The notes below the pieces were generated by a model. It saw only the letters and a program-made list of their open reading frames with translations, was not told where the DNA came from and made no database searches. A stretch of 63,813 nt of DNA, filler included, from Diploschistes diacapsis (Eukaryota): the NCBI GenBank assembly GCA_023645945.1. It is 19 parts of 19 records of this genome, joined end to end, with 100 filler letters (N's around TTAATTAATTAA, not from the genome) between each part and the next. Parts side by side here need not be neighbours in the genome. Positions count along the whole stretch, not along the records: positions 48,659 to 50,742 come from JALAIB010002381.1; positions 50,843 to 52,924 come from JALAIB010002382.1; positions 53,025 to 55,103 come from JALAIB010002383.1; positions 55,204 to 57,282 come from JALAIB010002384.1; positions 57,383 to 59,460 come from JALAIB010002385.1; positions 59,561 to 61,637 come from JALAIB010002386.1; positions 61,738 to 63,813 come from JALAIB010002387.1; 12 more parts are not named here. One strand, 5' to 3'. Shown piece after piece: positions 49,901-61,990 of the stretch. The position numbers and the translations under genes were made by a program. Position 1 is the first letter of the stretch. Each line of letters opens with the position of its first letter.

Positions 49901-50138
49901 GATTGGACAGAATCAGGAATAGGATGCAGGTAAAGATATCGAGGATAGATGCAAAGGTTTTGATCTCTTAAAAGAGTTAAAGTTGTTTTGCTTTTTAAGG
50001 GCTTTTGACAAGCTCTTACGGGAGGTTTCGTCTCCGAGACAAATGCTTAAAAGGAGGATGTTTTGGGATTGCTTTTGGGGAATATACATGCTAGTTACAT
50101 GCTTATGAGGGCATGAGCTTTTGTTTGTAGGGGGATAT

Positions 50139-50320
50139 TGTGGTAGTTGCTGGGCTTGCTGGTGGATCGCTTGAGATTGCTGCTGCTGGCAGGTGGTGCC
50201 GACCTCGCTGCCGAGGCATCATCTATGACGATGGTGCTTGGCATCTACTGTATATAAGTAGATTTTGCTCCAGATTAGCTACGAATACATACTCACTTCT
50301 CTCACTAAGTTTCTTTGCCA
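50139..50320 (+). mobile_element. 3' LTR, family B
   Basis: Polypurine tract AGGGGGGA at ~50129-50135, then TGTGGTAG; homologous to 20159-20340. Confidence 0.75.
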
Positions 50321-50324
50321 TTAC

Positions 50325-50742
50325 CCGTCTTAAAGGATATTTAAAAAGAATTAATTATAGATTTTATTACCGATATTCCGCCGGGTCGTTATAACAGGAA
50401 AGCTATCGACGCGATCATAGTAATCGTAGATAAGTATTTTAAAATAATAAAATATTTTAATGTATTAAAAACATTGATAGTAATTAAATTAACAACATTA
50501 TTCATGTAAGAAATCGTGTATAAATATAATGTATTTAAGAGTATCGTGTTAGATAAACGATCGTTATTTATAAACGCGTATTGGAGCGAGATCTGTTATT
50601 AAATGAAAATTAAGTAGAAATTGAATATTGCTTTTTATCTTTAAATTAATAGTTAAACCGAACGGTAGACTTAAACGCTTGAATATTACTTACGAGTATA
50701 TTATATAGAGTTGTAGAATAACTGACCTGAACTATTATTAAC
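50325..50742 (+). mobile_element. Gypsy integrase core fragment
   Basis: DFITD...DAIIVIVDK and SIVLDK motifs, RIP-degenerate. Confidence 0.65.
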
Positions 50743-50842
50743 NNNNNNNNNNNNNNNNNNNNNNNNNNNNNNNNNNNNNNNNNNNNTTAATTAATTAANN
50801 NNNNNNNNNNNNNNNNNNNNNNNNNNNNNNNNNNNNNNNNNN

Positions 50843-51121
50843 CGATTAAATTTATTGAGTTAATTGAGAGATCATGTTTTAAAATACGTTATTGTGTTAA
50901 GCAATAAACGTCGTATAAAGAATCTTATATATCTAAAATACGCGTTTTATATTAAGATTTAGGTTTTATTTAATAATTTAAAATATCATTATGATTCTAT
51001 TTTTAATTAAAGATAATTCTATAATCGTACGCGTAGAAAATTAATGCGAAAGTTAAAAGTTTATAAAATCTAATGGGGGGTATCCGTTCGCTATAACTGT
51101 CCGTTCGCTATGCATATACGT
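50843..51121 (-). mobile_element. pogo/Fot1 5' end, same family as 3051-4217
   Basis: TIR ...GTCCGTTCGCTATGCATATACGT then TA. Confidence 0.85.
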
Positions 51122-51347
51122 TAGTCAATCAGAAAGAAGATTCACAGAACGCGATGGGTAGAATGTTATCCCTAATAACCAAACATCCATGACTCCTATA
51201 AATCCTGCTATGTTGTTTTACGTCCAGTAACTAATTAGATAGATCAATTTTTCGAGCCTTTTCCGTTTCAAGTATCCCCATACCTTGATCGATACCTCGT
51301 GTCAACTTTGTATGATTTAGAACCAGCGTACCTCTTTTACTACACTT

Positions 51348-52507
51348 TTAAAGTACCCAATCCTTAGCGGCAAATAACTCGTTGCTACTTTCATCGAAAG
51401 GTCCATCCATAAGGTTCTTTAACGCAAGCTAATTCGTAAGCAACAGCACAGGAGGTTACAGAAAGCAATAAAACTTACCATAACCTGATACTTGACCATA
51501 CGGTCATTCGCCACGTTTAAACTTCTATCCCAAAGCCATCGTCTTAGCAGCTCCTGCCAATTTTTATTCTTCTGTTGCAACTCTTCTTTTGGCATTTCCG
51601 GCCTCGACAACAACGATTTCGCCATCCCCCGTAAGCACAACAACGTCCCAACGAAGTCAGCTTGATTCCGTACACTCTCATGATCTGGCTCCCGTGCCAG
51701 GAATGTGTGCAAGATATCCTCATCAATCCAATCGGCGGCGCCCTGCTCCTCCTTATTAACTAGTACAGCATAACGCCCATACAGCGCCAGGATGGTTATA
51801 CGAGCCCTCGATTCGTATAATTGGTTCATCAGAATCCCAGAAACATCGTCGAACCTTTCCCGGACATCCGCTTCCTTAAAATTCAAATTCGACCTATCTG
51901 CGGCGTCCGTGTGTCCTGGGAGAAGGATAAGCCCTTTTCCATTAGCTGGACGATCAGTGAGTATACACCAGTCTCCGTGAGGATCCTCATACATTCCATG
52001 AAGGGTCTCTGACATGATCATCGCGAGAAAATCTTCGAATCCTTCTGCCCAGGGTGTTTGGTATACTTTATGGACCTGATCCCCTGCATTCATGTAAATG
52101 CGTAGAAAGTAGTCGATACGGTCCGGCACACGGTTCGACACATCTATCATCGCCAAACAGATGTTATAGCAAAGGTCACCAATAATCCCCGAGTCCGCCC
52201 GATCGATCATATTGTATAAACCGAAAACTGCCGCATCGTACGCTCGGTTTTCCATATCGGTCGAGATGAGCGCCGCCTCAAAGATTTTTTCGGCAGCTTT
52301 TCGTGCCCCTTTCACAACCTCTGGTAGTTCCTGTGCCGCTCTCGAAATCTTTGGGAGATCCTGTACCTGTTTGAAACCCTTCGGTAGTATCAAATGCCCG
52401 TCCCAAGACCTCCATGATTTACAAGATAACGACGATGTTCTAGATAAGGATGATGTTCGGGAGAAGGGAGCGAGGCTTCTGAGGAAGCGATGGTAGCGGT
52501 TTCGCAT
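51348..52507 (-). CDS. Hypothetical protein (~370 aa), no family recognised
   Basis: 362-aa ORF, GTAAGT donor at ~51478, short terminal exon LALKNLMDGPF...WVL*. Confidence 0.7.
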
Positions 52508-52754
52508 GTTGTGAAATGAATGAGGAATAAGATGAAATGAATGAGGAATGAACGATTAAATGCAAAGCCGAATCAGAGAAAATAAAAAAAGGCTATTTCT
52601 AAACCTACGGGTTTATTGGATTATCTCCGTAACAAAACCGATATACATTAAGAATGCTAAGCCAATGATTTTGATTAGTCTTTACGAGCTCCTGTGGTTT
52701 TGCTACGGAGTGAAGACTTAAATTTCGAAGGTTTATTAATATACCTTTTATTTA

Positions 52755-52806
52755 ACGTCTTTCACAAGTCATCCGCCCATACAAGTCATCCGCCCACTTA
52801 CCCCCC
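52755..52806 (+). mobile_element. pogo/Fot1-type TIR (separate family)
   Basis: TA then ACGTCTTTC with doubled ACAAGTCATCCGCCCA. Confidence 0.65.
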
Positions 52807-52890
52807 CTTTTACATATCTTTAATCTTATAACATAACTAATTCAGGCTATAAAAAAATTATTTAATTAATATTATAGCGTTACGAGTAGA

Positions 52891-52924
52891 ACGTGTTTGA
52901 CGGTCAGCTCGGCCACCCTCAAAG
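52891..52924 (+). mobile_element. pogo/Fot1-type TIR at contig edge
   Basis: Near-exact reverse complement of 53165-53198. Confidence 0.7.
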
Positions 52925-53024
52925 NNNNNNNNNNNNNNNNNNNNNNNNNNNNNNNNNNNNNNNNNNNNTTAATTAATTAANNNNNNNNNNNNNNNNNNNN
53001 NNNNNNNNNNNNNNNNNNNNNNNN

Positions 53025-53198
53025 CTGATATATAAATAAAAATTTAAAGCCTATAAATAATCATTAATATCCGATTTTAATAATATCGAGTTATTTCGAT
53101 ACGAAGCGGCCATTATCGAAAAAAACCGAAAGAATGATGAATATCGTAATGTGAAGTAGCCGGGCTTTGGGGGTGGCCGAGCTGACCGTGAAACACGT
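53025..53198 (+). mobile_element. pogo/Fot1 3' end with TIR
   Basis: GGGGGTGGCCGAGCTGACCGTGAAACACGT then TA; related to 11451-11494. Confidence 0.7.
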
Positions 53199-53526
53199 TA
53201 TTCGATTAAATTAATCGTACGATTAAGAATCGTTTTCTTTTTTAACACGGTTAAATTTATTAAGTTAAATAAAATATCGTATCTTAAAATACGACTATCG
53301 CGTCGAATAATAAGCGTTATACGAGAAATCTTATATATCTGAAATACGCGTTTTGTATTAAGATTTGGGTCTTATTTAATAGCCTAAAGTGCTATTATGA
53401 TTCTATTTTTAATTGAAAAGGATTCCATAATCGTACGCGTAGAAAATTGATACGAAGTTGAAAGTTCATAAAATCGAGTAAGCGCTGTCCGTTCGCTATG
53501 AGTGTCCGCTCGCTATGCATATACGT
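53199..53526 (-). mobile_element. pogo/Fot1 5' end, same family as 3051-4217
   Basis: Aligns with ~3890-4217 including the TIR. Confidence 0.85.
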
Positions 53527-53528
53527 TA

Positions 53529-55103
53529 ATCCTTTTCTTTTAATAGACGGTATATTATTATTATAATATTATTATTCTATTTCGAGTCTTCGAAGAACCC
53601 GGTTACGAAATCTACCGAAATATCTATCCACGGTTTATTAAGGACGGGTAATAATTTCTAAAACCGTGAAAAAATTTAAATCGTTAGTTTTACTCGGCGG
53701 TAATCGTAACAATTTCGAATAAATCTGGCAATAATAACTTTCATTCGAAAATATATAAAGTTACTTTTAATCACTCGGAAAGTTTTATCGATCTTAACGT
53801 ATCTTATTTCTTTACCGCAATAAATCGATTAAATAATATAAATAATTCGATCTTTCGGGACGGTGAGTTTATCGTTAACCTATAATAAGGCCCCGTCCGT
53901 CCTATAAACGTCCAGACAATAACCGTAAAAAAATCCCGTAATTTTACCTTCTTTTAATCTAACCTTAATTTCGTTAAATATTTAATCCCATCGATTAACG
54001 TTTTTTATTTTTTTAATCATCGTCGGAACCTTTTCCGCGGAAGCTGCTTCAATAACAGAACTAAACATCTCAATGAAATCCGGGTCGTCCATAACCGTCT
54101 TTAATATCCCGGAAATCTAATCTTTTTCCCCGTCTAGGACGTATAAATTCAGATTCCGCTTAATTTTCTCGAAAAATTATTCGAGCTTAATCAGCGTTTA
54201 TTACATATAAGGGTCCTTTTTGGTCCTCGGGGTTTCGCTCGTGTTAAATTTTCTCGTAAATAAGTCGACCTTTACGTTCTTTACCTCGGGACGATATTAA
54301 ATCTTAAAATCGAATTATAACAAAAATTCTGCCTACCGGGCTTATTTACGGTTCAATTACTTGTTCGTAATGAAGTATTCGAGGGCTTTATAATCGATTA
54401 ATACTAAAATAGGCCGGTTAGCTAAGAAGGTTAATAATTTAGGCCTCCATTTCTCGAAATATTTTATAATAACGAATATCTTTTTATCGTATATTACATA
54501 ATTACGTTAAACGGGATCCAAATTTTTAAATAAATAGACGACGGGTTACAATATATCGTCATCAGTTTCTTAAAATAGGATACCTTTAATCATAACGTCG
54601 CTAACGTTGCATTCGATTAAGGATCGTTTATTAGAATCAAAATATATTATTACCGATTCGGAAGACACGACCTCCTTTAAAACATCAAAAGCTTTCGTTT
54701 CTTTCTCCCTCTAAACCCCCGCTATGTCCATCTTAATTAAATTATAAAGGGGTTTAACGACCTTACTAAAATTAAAAATAAACCGTCGGTAAAAGTTAAC
54801 GAATCCTAAATAATTCCGTATAGCCTTCGTCTCTTTTCCGGACTTAAACCGAGATCAATTCTTAATAACCTCAACCTTCTTAAAATCCATTTTTACGCCC
54901 TTAAAGATAATGATCAGATCAAAATACTTAACTTCGGTAATATCGAATTCGGTCTTAAAGATATTCACGTTTAGATTTATTTCTCGAAAACGCTGTAATA
55001 CCCGTTAAACGTATTCCCGATAAGCCTTCTTACTATCTAAAAACACTAATAAATTATTTATATAATAAAACATAAAATCGATTATATCGTTAAAGTTATT
55101 ATT
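53529..55103 (-). mobile_element. Gypsy RT/RNase H/integrase fragment (RIP-degenerate)
   Basis: Minus strand GFVNFYRRFI, YDKKIFVIIK.FEKWRP, KALEYFITNK.LNRK.AR.AEFL motifs. Confidence 0.85.
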
Positions 55104-55203
55104 NNNNNNNNNNNNNNNNNNNNNNNNNNNNNNNNNNNNNNNNNNNNTTAATTAATTAANNNNNNNNNNNNNNNNNNNNNNNNNNNNNNNNNNNNNNNNN
55201 NNN

Positions 55204-55795
55204 GTATATAACTAACCTATACATCTATCATTTATATGCCTTAAAGGGACTATTCCGCTATATTCGGAAAATAAAGGATACTAAGGTTTAATTCAATTCT
55301 AAACCTGAACTTTCGAAATTACGAGGATACTCCGATATAGATTATAAGGGAGATAAATTAGATCGAAAGTCTACGTATAGACATATCTTTTAGCTATACG
55401 GTGGACCAATATCCTAGATAAGCAAAAAATAGAGTTCAGTTTCAACGTCAATTATAGAAGCTAAGTATATTGATTTATCTTATGCCGCCAAACAAGCCTT
55501 ATAGTGTTTATAATTTTTAAAAAATATTGGCTATTCTGACCTTATAGGACCATCTTTATATATTATTAATTTATTCGGTGATAATATTGGTTCCCTAAAT
55601 TTAATAAAGCACGTAAGGATTAACGATCGTTTGAAATATATCGATATTATTTATTATTACGTACGAGATCTGGTTAAGTAAGGACGTATCAAGATGTTTT
55701 ATGTTTCTATCGATAAAATGGTTACTGATGGACTTATAAAGCCACTAAACTACTCGAAGCACGACGTTTTTATTAAGGGACTCGGTTTAGTTTAA
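55204..55795 (+). mobile_element. Copia RNase H 3' end
   Basis: LRGYSD...DRKST...GGPIS..SKK..SVSTS..EA.Y; ends KGLGLV*. Confidence 0.88.
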
Positions 55796-55849
55796 AAGAT
55801 ATCTAATTAGATTATATAGTTATACCGGACGATTCCGCCTGTGGGAGAA

Positions 55850-56064
55850 TGTTGAACAGATAGGTAGAAAATATGGCTAAAAGTCTAACTAAGTTCCAGA
55901 GGAAGGTTCAGTTTAGTTGAACTTTCTGGAATCCTAATTAGACCGGTTTAGGAATAATGTAGGTAATAGGGCTTAGCGTATCCCATAAGGATAAAAGTCT
56001 ATAAAGTAGGATAACCTCCTAGATAGACCTCTAGACTTAAATATATCCATTACGTTGCCAAACA
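55850..56064 (+). mobile_element. Copia 3' LTR
   Basis: PPT GGGAGAA then TGTTG...AACA. Confidence 0.7.
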
Positions 56065-56574
56065 TTATTAATATATCCCCGTATGTTTCTTTAATAGAAA
56101 TTTCGGGCTATAAACTCGTAGGTACGTTCCTTATCATAATAATTCGATAATTTATGATCGTAAATTAATTATAAGAGTTCCGATTTAACATCGTCGTTTT
56201 TTAGAACGTATATGCGGTTTTTATGATATAACAACCTTATATCATTATAATGTTATACCGTTTTAACTGCGACATTAATACGGATAGGTTACGATAAAGA
56301 AAGTATTTTTTTTAATAAAACCGTTCGTTATATATAAAATACGTATTAAGTCGAATAGCTTTTCCGTAGGTAAGATATCGATAAGCTCCCGCCTCGTGAT
56401 ATCTTTCACGAATGCTCGCGGGATAAGTAAATATTCCACTATTAATTCTTCTTAAGTAGGCAGCGCTTTAGTTAACCTGCGATGGACCTATAATATTCAA
56501 TCGTCATTCTCGTTTTCCGGGTGTTCTGGCTTAGGTACATCAAAGGTTAATAATATTATATTTAAGCTTTCATA

Positions 56575-57166
56575 TAGGCTGGCCGTTTCGTGCCACGGTC
56601 ACTGACACGGACACTGCAGCAAAAATTTTTAAAACACGGACATTGACACGGACACGATAGCTAAAATTTTAAAACACGGACACTAACACGGATATTATAT
56701 TATAATAAAAGCACGGACACGGACACTACAATTAAAAATTTTAAAATATTAATATTAACACGAACATTACATTTCCGTAAATCCACCGAAACACTACGAT
56801 AAATCCACCGAAACACCGCAGTGAAATTTTTTTAAAAAAATAAAAGCGTAAAAAATAGACGTGATAATTCTAAAATTATTAAAATTAAAAAAATAATTTA
56901 AAGTATTTCGGTAAATGCACGGACACGGACACCGCAATAAAAAATTTTTCGACACGGACACTGACACGGACATTATACTATAATAAAAACACGGACACGG
57001 ATACTACAATTAAAAATTTTAAAACACTGATATTAATACGGACATTATATTTCCGTGAATCCACGGACACGGACACCGTAGCTAAAAAATCTAAAACACG
57101 GACACTGACACTGTCAGTGTCCGTGTCACTGACACGGCCGTGTCAGTGTCAGTGACGGCCAGCCTA
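56575..57166 (+). mobile_element. ACACGG-repeat MITE (hAT-like), complete with 8-bp TSD
   Basis: Perfect 12-bp TIR TAGGCTGGCCGT/ACGGCCAGCCTA; CTTTCATA at 56567-56574 and 57167-57174. Confidence 0.93.
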
Positions 57167-57382
57167 CTTTCATAATTAGGTAGCGCTTCTGTTAACCTGC
57201 GATAAACTTGCGGTATATTATCGTCGTTTTCGCTTTCCGGGTTTTTTAATTTAAGACGGAATTTTTTAAACTTTTATAACATNNNNNNNNNNNNNNNNNN
57301 NNNNNNNNNNNNNNNNNNNNNNNNNNTTAATTAATTAANNNNNNNNNNNNNNNNNNNNNNNNNNNNNNNNNNNNNNNNNNNN

Positions 57383-59053
57383 TTAAAAGGGCTTATATCT
57401 ATACGACGAGAACGGTCGGATCATTCTTATATACAAGAAAAAGAATAGAGTCTATTACTCGAGCAAGATTATAAAAAAAGAATATACGTATAAAGCAATT
57501 ATGTATCTAATAACTAAACCTAAACCTGAATTAAACCTAAAAGTTCAGTTTAATAAAAATAATTATCAGTTATAACACGCACGCATGACCTATATAGGAC
57601 TCAAGAAGTTTTAGAACCTATACGAAATTACGATTTTCGTTAATCTTATCCGTATCACACCTTATACGTATGAAATATGCCAATTGATAAAAGCTAAACA
57701 ACAGATTAGCCGTATTTTAGCCAAGTATAAGCAAAATATCTTAAATTTAGTAAACATCGATATCTATAAATCCTTCTTAAGGTCATTTAATAACAATTAG
57801 TACCTTATAAAGATTATCAATAATTACTCGCGAAAAACCTGATCTATTTCTTATAAAACTCGAAAGAATGTTATTCGTATTTTACAATTCTAGAAAATAA
57901 ATACAGAACTTTAAAGCGATAAGCAACTAAAAACGGTACATTTTGATAATAAATTACCGAGATGAACATCCGTGTTATACTTAAAAGAACGAAATAAGAA
58001 TACGCTTTCTAAAACGAAATAATATTGATTTAATACCACATCCGAAACAAAATAATAATAAAACCTGAACTAAACGGTTCAATCGCGACGCTTATTGAGT
58101 ATTAACTAGGCGAAAAGCCGTCAATAAATAATATCCGTATCTAAAAATTAAGATACTATAACTACGTAAATCCTAAATCGTTACCTAAACGATAAGATAA
58201 GTTAATAAATAAAGCGAGACTAGGTATAATAATCGGATATATTAACACCAACGATTTAGTACCTAATATTAAAAGTATCAACGACAAATTAATTACCCAC
58301 GTTAACGACAGATCTATCCGCGTCAACGACGGATTAATTACTCACGTTAACGACGAGTTAATTACGCACGCCAAAAACGCATCAAAAATAAAAACAAAGG
58401 TTCAGCTAAATTATACTAAACCTTCATCATTTACTCCTACCAAGAATCATAGCACCCTAAAGGCCCCTATTTCCACTCCATATAATCAACCTAAGCCAGA
58501 TGATGGTAACCGAAGGTTAATAAAAAGGTTCTTACGGATTAAGATTTTAAGGAAAAGAATTGAATCTAAATCTGAACCTAAATCTACTAAACCGAATATA
58601 CTAAAACCTACTACCTTAATAACCGGCGTTATACACGTCATTAATAATCCGATTACGCATACAACACCGATTAACGTCACATCAACAACGTCCAATACAT
58701 AGGATTTATAAATAATGAACGATATGAACGACGCTTTAATAAGTATAAACGTTTAAAATATTAAAAAGTTATATAACACGAATTCCGTTTTTAATAAACG
58801 ATAACGAAATATCGAACATTTTTTATTAATTAAAACATTAAAAAGTTATATAACTCTTATAATAAATAAACAAAAGATAATAAACGACGTTAGTTTAAAA
58901 TCGACGCGTGTTAATATCCCAATTTAAAATTCGTCCGATCTAATACTTACCTATACGTCTTCATTTTACGAGGTTAAAAGCTCTTGATTAACCTTTACAT
59001 AAACGACATTATTATAGCAGCACCGGACCTATATGATGTATACTAGTTTAAAA
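57383..59053 (+). mobile_element. Copia integrase region (RIP-degenerate)
   Basis: Homologous to 12470-13076 and 1228-2099; 3' boundary approximate. Confidence 0.75.
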
Positions 59054-59460
59054 TAGGCTGGCCGTTTCGTGCCACGGTCACTGACACGGACACTGCAGCA
59101 AAAATTTTCAAAACACGGACACTGACACGAACACGATAACTAAAATTTTAAAACACGGATACTAACACGAACACTACACTGCAATAAAAGCACGGACACG
59201 GAAACTGCAATTAAAAATTTTAAAACATTGATACTAATATAGACACTATATTTCCGTGAATCCACCGAAACACTGCGGTGAATCCACCGAAACACCGCAG
59301 TGAATTTTTTAAAAAAATAAAAGCGTGAGAAATAGACGTGATAATTCCAGAATTATTAAAATTAAAAAAATAATTTAAAGTATTTCGATAAATGCACGGA
59401 CACGGATACCGTAATAAAAAATTTTTCGACACGGACATTAATACGGACACTATACTATAA
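59054..59460 (+). mobile_element. ACACGG-repeat MITE 5' part (contig edge)
   Basis: Aligns to 56575-56985. Confidence 0.88.
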
Positions 59461-59871
59461 NNNNNNNNNNNNNNNNNNNNNNNNNNNNNNNNNNNNNNNN
59501 NNNNTTAATTAATTAANNNNNNNNNNNNNNNNNNNNNNNNNNNNNNNNNNNNNNNNNNNNAGGATTAGCTGCAGAATACACGCTTAGTCAGCTGTTATCT
59601 ATTAGGATCATCTATTACTTTCAACATTTTTATGATCATTGCTCTTAGATATACAGAAGGATTAACTTCTGGGATTTGATGACTGATTAATCTAGATCGC
59701 ATTGAGCTTGGCAGAATAGTAATCTACTGGGATAATCAATCGCCAAGCATTCTGCCTTTCATATCTGCTAGGGCTTCTAAGCAATGACACTAGGTCGGTA
59801 ACTTAATCGACTAGAGTAAAAGATCAAGCTTGTAATCTCACACAATCCTGAACCAATTATGGGTAGAGTCT

Positions 59872-60669
59872 CTATCGGTATCTCCATAATTGCAAGGTAT
59901 TGTGCTTCTTCCAAATCTTACGTCGTCCAGAAGTGGTGTGGTTGAACTTATGACCCTTACCCAATCCACGAGATTTCTTGCCAGTTGCCGTAAGTCCACG
60001 TGTTTCGCGATGCTTCGCAGGATCAGCAAGGAAGAAAGCATCAAGTCACAAAGCCTTACCTTGTGCACAGGGTTGACAATCCAATTGATACGAGAATCAA
60101 TGCGAATGGCTTTATGCTGAGGATCTACGAGGATAACCTCAAAATACTTGTAGGTCGAATCTTGGTTAATCCAATAAGAATTGAGCACGCGTAGATTTGC
60201 ACAGCGTCGACCAACGCGCTCTTCAGCAGTAGATTTCAGGGAGCGTTGGTACTTGAGTTGGTTTACCCCCTGGTTGGTAGGTTTCCCTATATTCGGATTC
60301 AAAACCTGCGGTAGAAATTCAAAGGCAGTACATACCATAGGTGGCACCTTTAGGAACGGGCCGCTTGCGACCACCCCTACGGACTCTCACGCGGTAGATC
60401 ACATAGCCTTGCTTTGCTTTGTAACCAAGACGACGCGCTTTATCGGGTCGAGAGGGTCGTGACGCGCGGTGTATTACGTTCAGTTGGCGAAGCTATAAGG
60501 TTCATATGTTAGAGAGCTCAGCAAAGAAGAATTCTCAAACGGTATATAGCATTGAATTGGAGGTCAATGAACGCAGACTCACTTCCCAGCATCTGACACG
60601 TAGTAAGAAGCGCAGCACATCGGACTGTTTCTTCTTATGCAATTCCTCGAGGTATTTGAGGGCACCCAT
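59872..60669 (-). CDS. RPL15: 60S ribosomal protein L15 (eL15)
   Basis: [67 protein letters not shown]; three coding introns plus a probable 5'-UTR intron ending just before the ATG. Confidence 0.97.
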
Positions 60670-61104
60670 CTAAGCAATGAAAGATTAGTGAGAGCCAAGC
60701 ACACAAGCAGAATCTGAAGGATCTGGCTGCGAGGAGCAGACGACAATGACAATGTCAAAAAATGGGTTGTAATATCTGAGATGTGCTGACTCGCCTTAGA
60801 AGATTGCTGTTACCGATTTCAAAGCTGATAATGGATGTTGAGGATTTGAATCATAGCATTGTGGGGAGCCCTTAGGGCTGTCCGATGCCAAGCCCCTACA
60901 GTACGTTGCAAAAGTGAATAGAATCCGCTTGGTGTTCTTGGCGTAAGCGTCGATTAGCAAAGTGTCGAGCAAAATAGTTATAAAAATCGGTTTTTAAGTA
61001 TAAACAGATATCACAGCGAGTTTAAAACGATAAGATTTATATTATAAATTCTTTTAATCCTGGCCTATACTACTATATCATAGATCTACTATAGCGACCC
61101 TGAA

Positions 61105-61590
61105 TGTTACGATCCGAGATTCCCGACCTCATCACGTCCCAACCATTCTTTGTACTTAAACCAATGGTAGCGAGCAGGAGCACGTGACTTACTGAACTGA
61201 CGTTATATGCTTAATTATTTAGTAACGTGTTTCACCACGAAACGGATCACCCCACGAAGCGGCTCATTACATTATAATGTAATTGCGCTAGATCGAGCGC
61301 TTCCATATTTGCACGAAGCTAAATCTGTTCTCAAATACACTACCCCGTTCTTCGGCCTTTTTTTGATTACATTATATGTAGTGAGCCGCTTCGTGGGGTG
61401 ATCCGTTTCGTGGTGAAACACGATAAGCTTGCTCGGCTAATCAGCGAGCTTGCTTATTAAGTACACCATTATTATTTAATAAGTTATTAAACAGGAACAG
61501 GTCGCTCGCCAGCGAATTATTATATAAAAACGTCGTTATGGCCTTTATAAACCCGGGCGTGTTTAAATCTTATATTATTCTTAACGATAA
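61105..61590 (+). mobile_element. LTR related to family C, interrupted by a MITE
   Basis: TGTTACGATCC start; blocks shared with 13183-13537; end approximate. Confidence 0.5.
61225..61423. mobile_element. 199-bp pogo/Fot1-derived MITE
   Basis: 47-bp inverted repeats (61226-61272, 61376-61422, one mismatch) flanked by TA on both sides. Confidence 0.9.
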
Positions 61591-61862
61591 ATTTATAGCG
61601 AGCTATAATAAATATGTCAGATTACTAACCTAATGGGNNNNNNNNNNNNNNNNNNNNNNNNNNNNNNNNNNNNNNNNNNNNTTAATTAATTAANNNNNNN
61701 NNNNNNNNNNNNNNNNNNNNNNNNNNNNNNNNNNNNNCCATTATATAACAATACGTTAAAAAGAATACGCCGCGTTTTACGGTTAGGATAAGAACTTCTT
61801 CTTAGTTTTTATAGAAACGTAATTCGATTATTAAGCGGTATTAAAGAAAACGCCTTTTCCGG

Positions 61863-61990
61863 ACGAGGAAGAAGTAAAGAAGGAGGAGGTGGAAGAGGTG
61901 GAGGAGGAGGAGGTGGAAGAGGAGGAAAAGGAGGTGGAAGAGGAGGAAGAGGAGGAGAAGGGGGAAGGAAAGGAAGAAAAAGAGGAAGAA
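61863..61990 (+). repeat. Purine-rich (GGA/GAA) low-complexity tract
   Basis: Imperfect GGAGGAAGA repeats. Confidence 0.85.

Noticed and set aside
51121..52755. Composite transposon carrying the orphan gene
   Set aside because: The flanking TIRs are from different families and their elements extend away from the gene
52891..53198. Apparent single element with matching TIRs spanning the gap
   Set aside because: The two TIRs are on different size-sorted contigs separated by a linker; adjacency is not evidence of linkage
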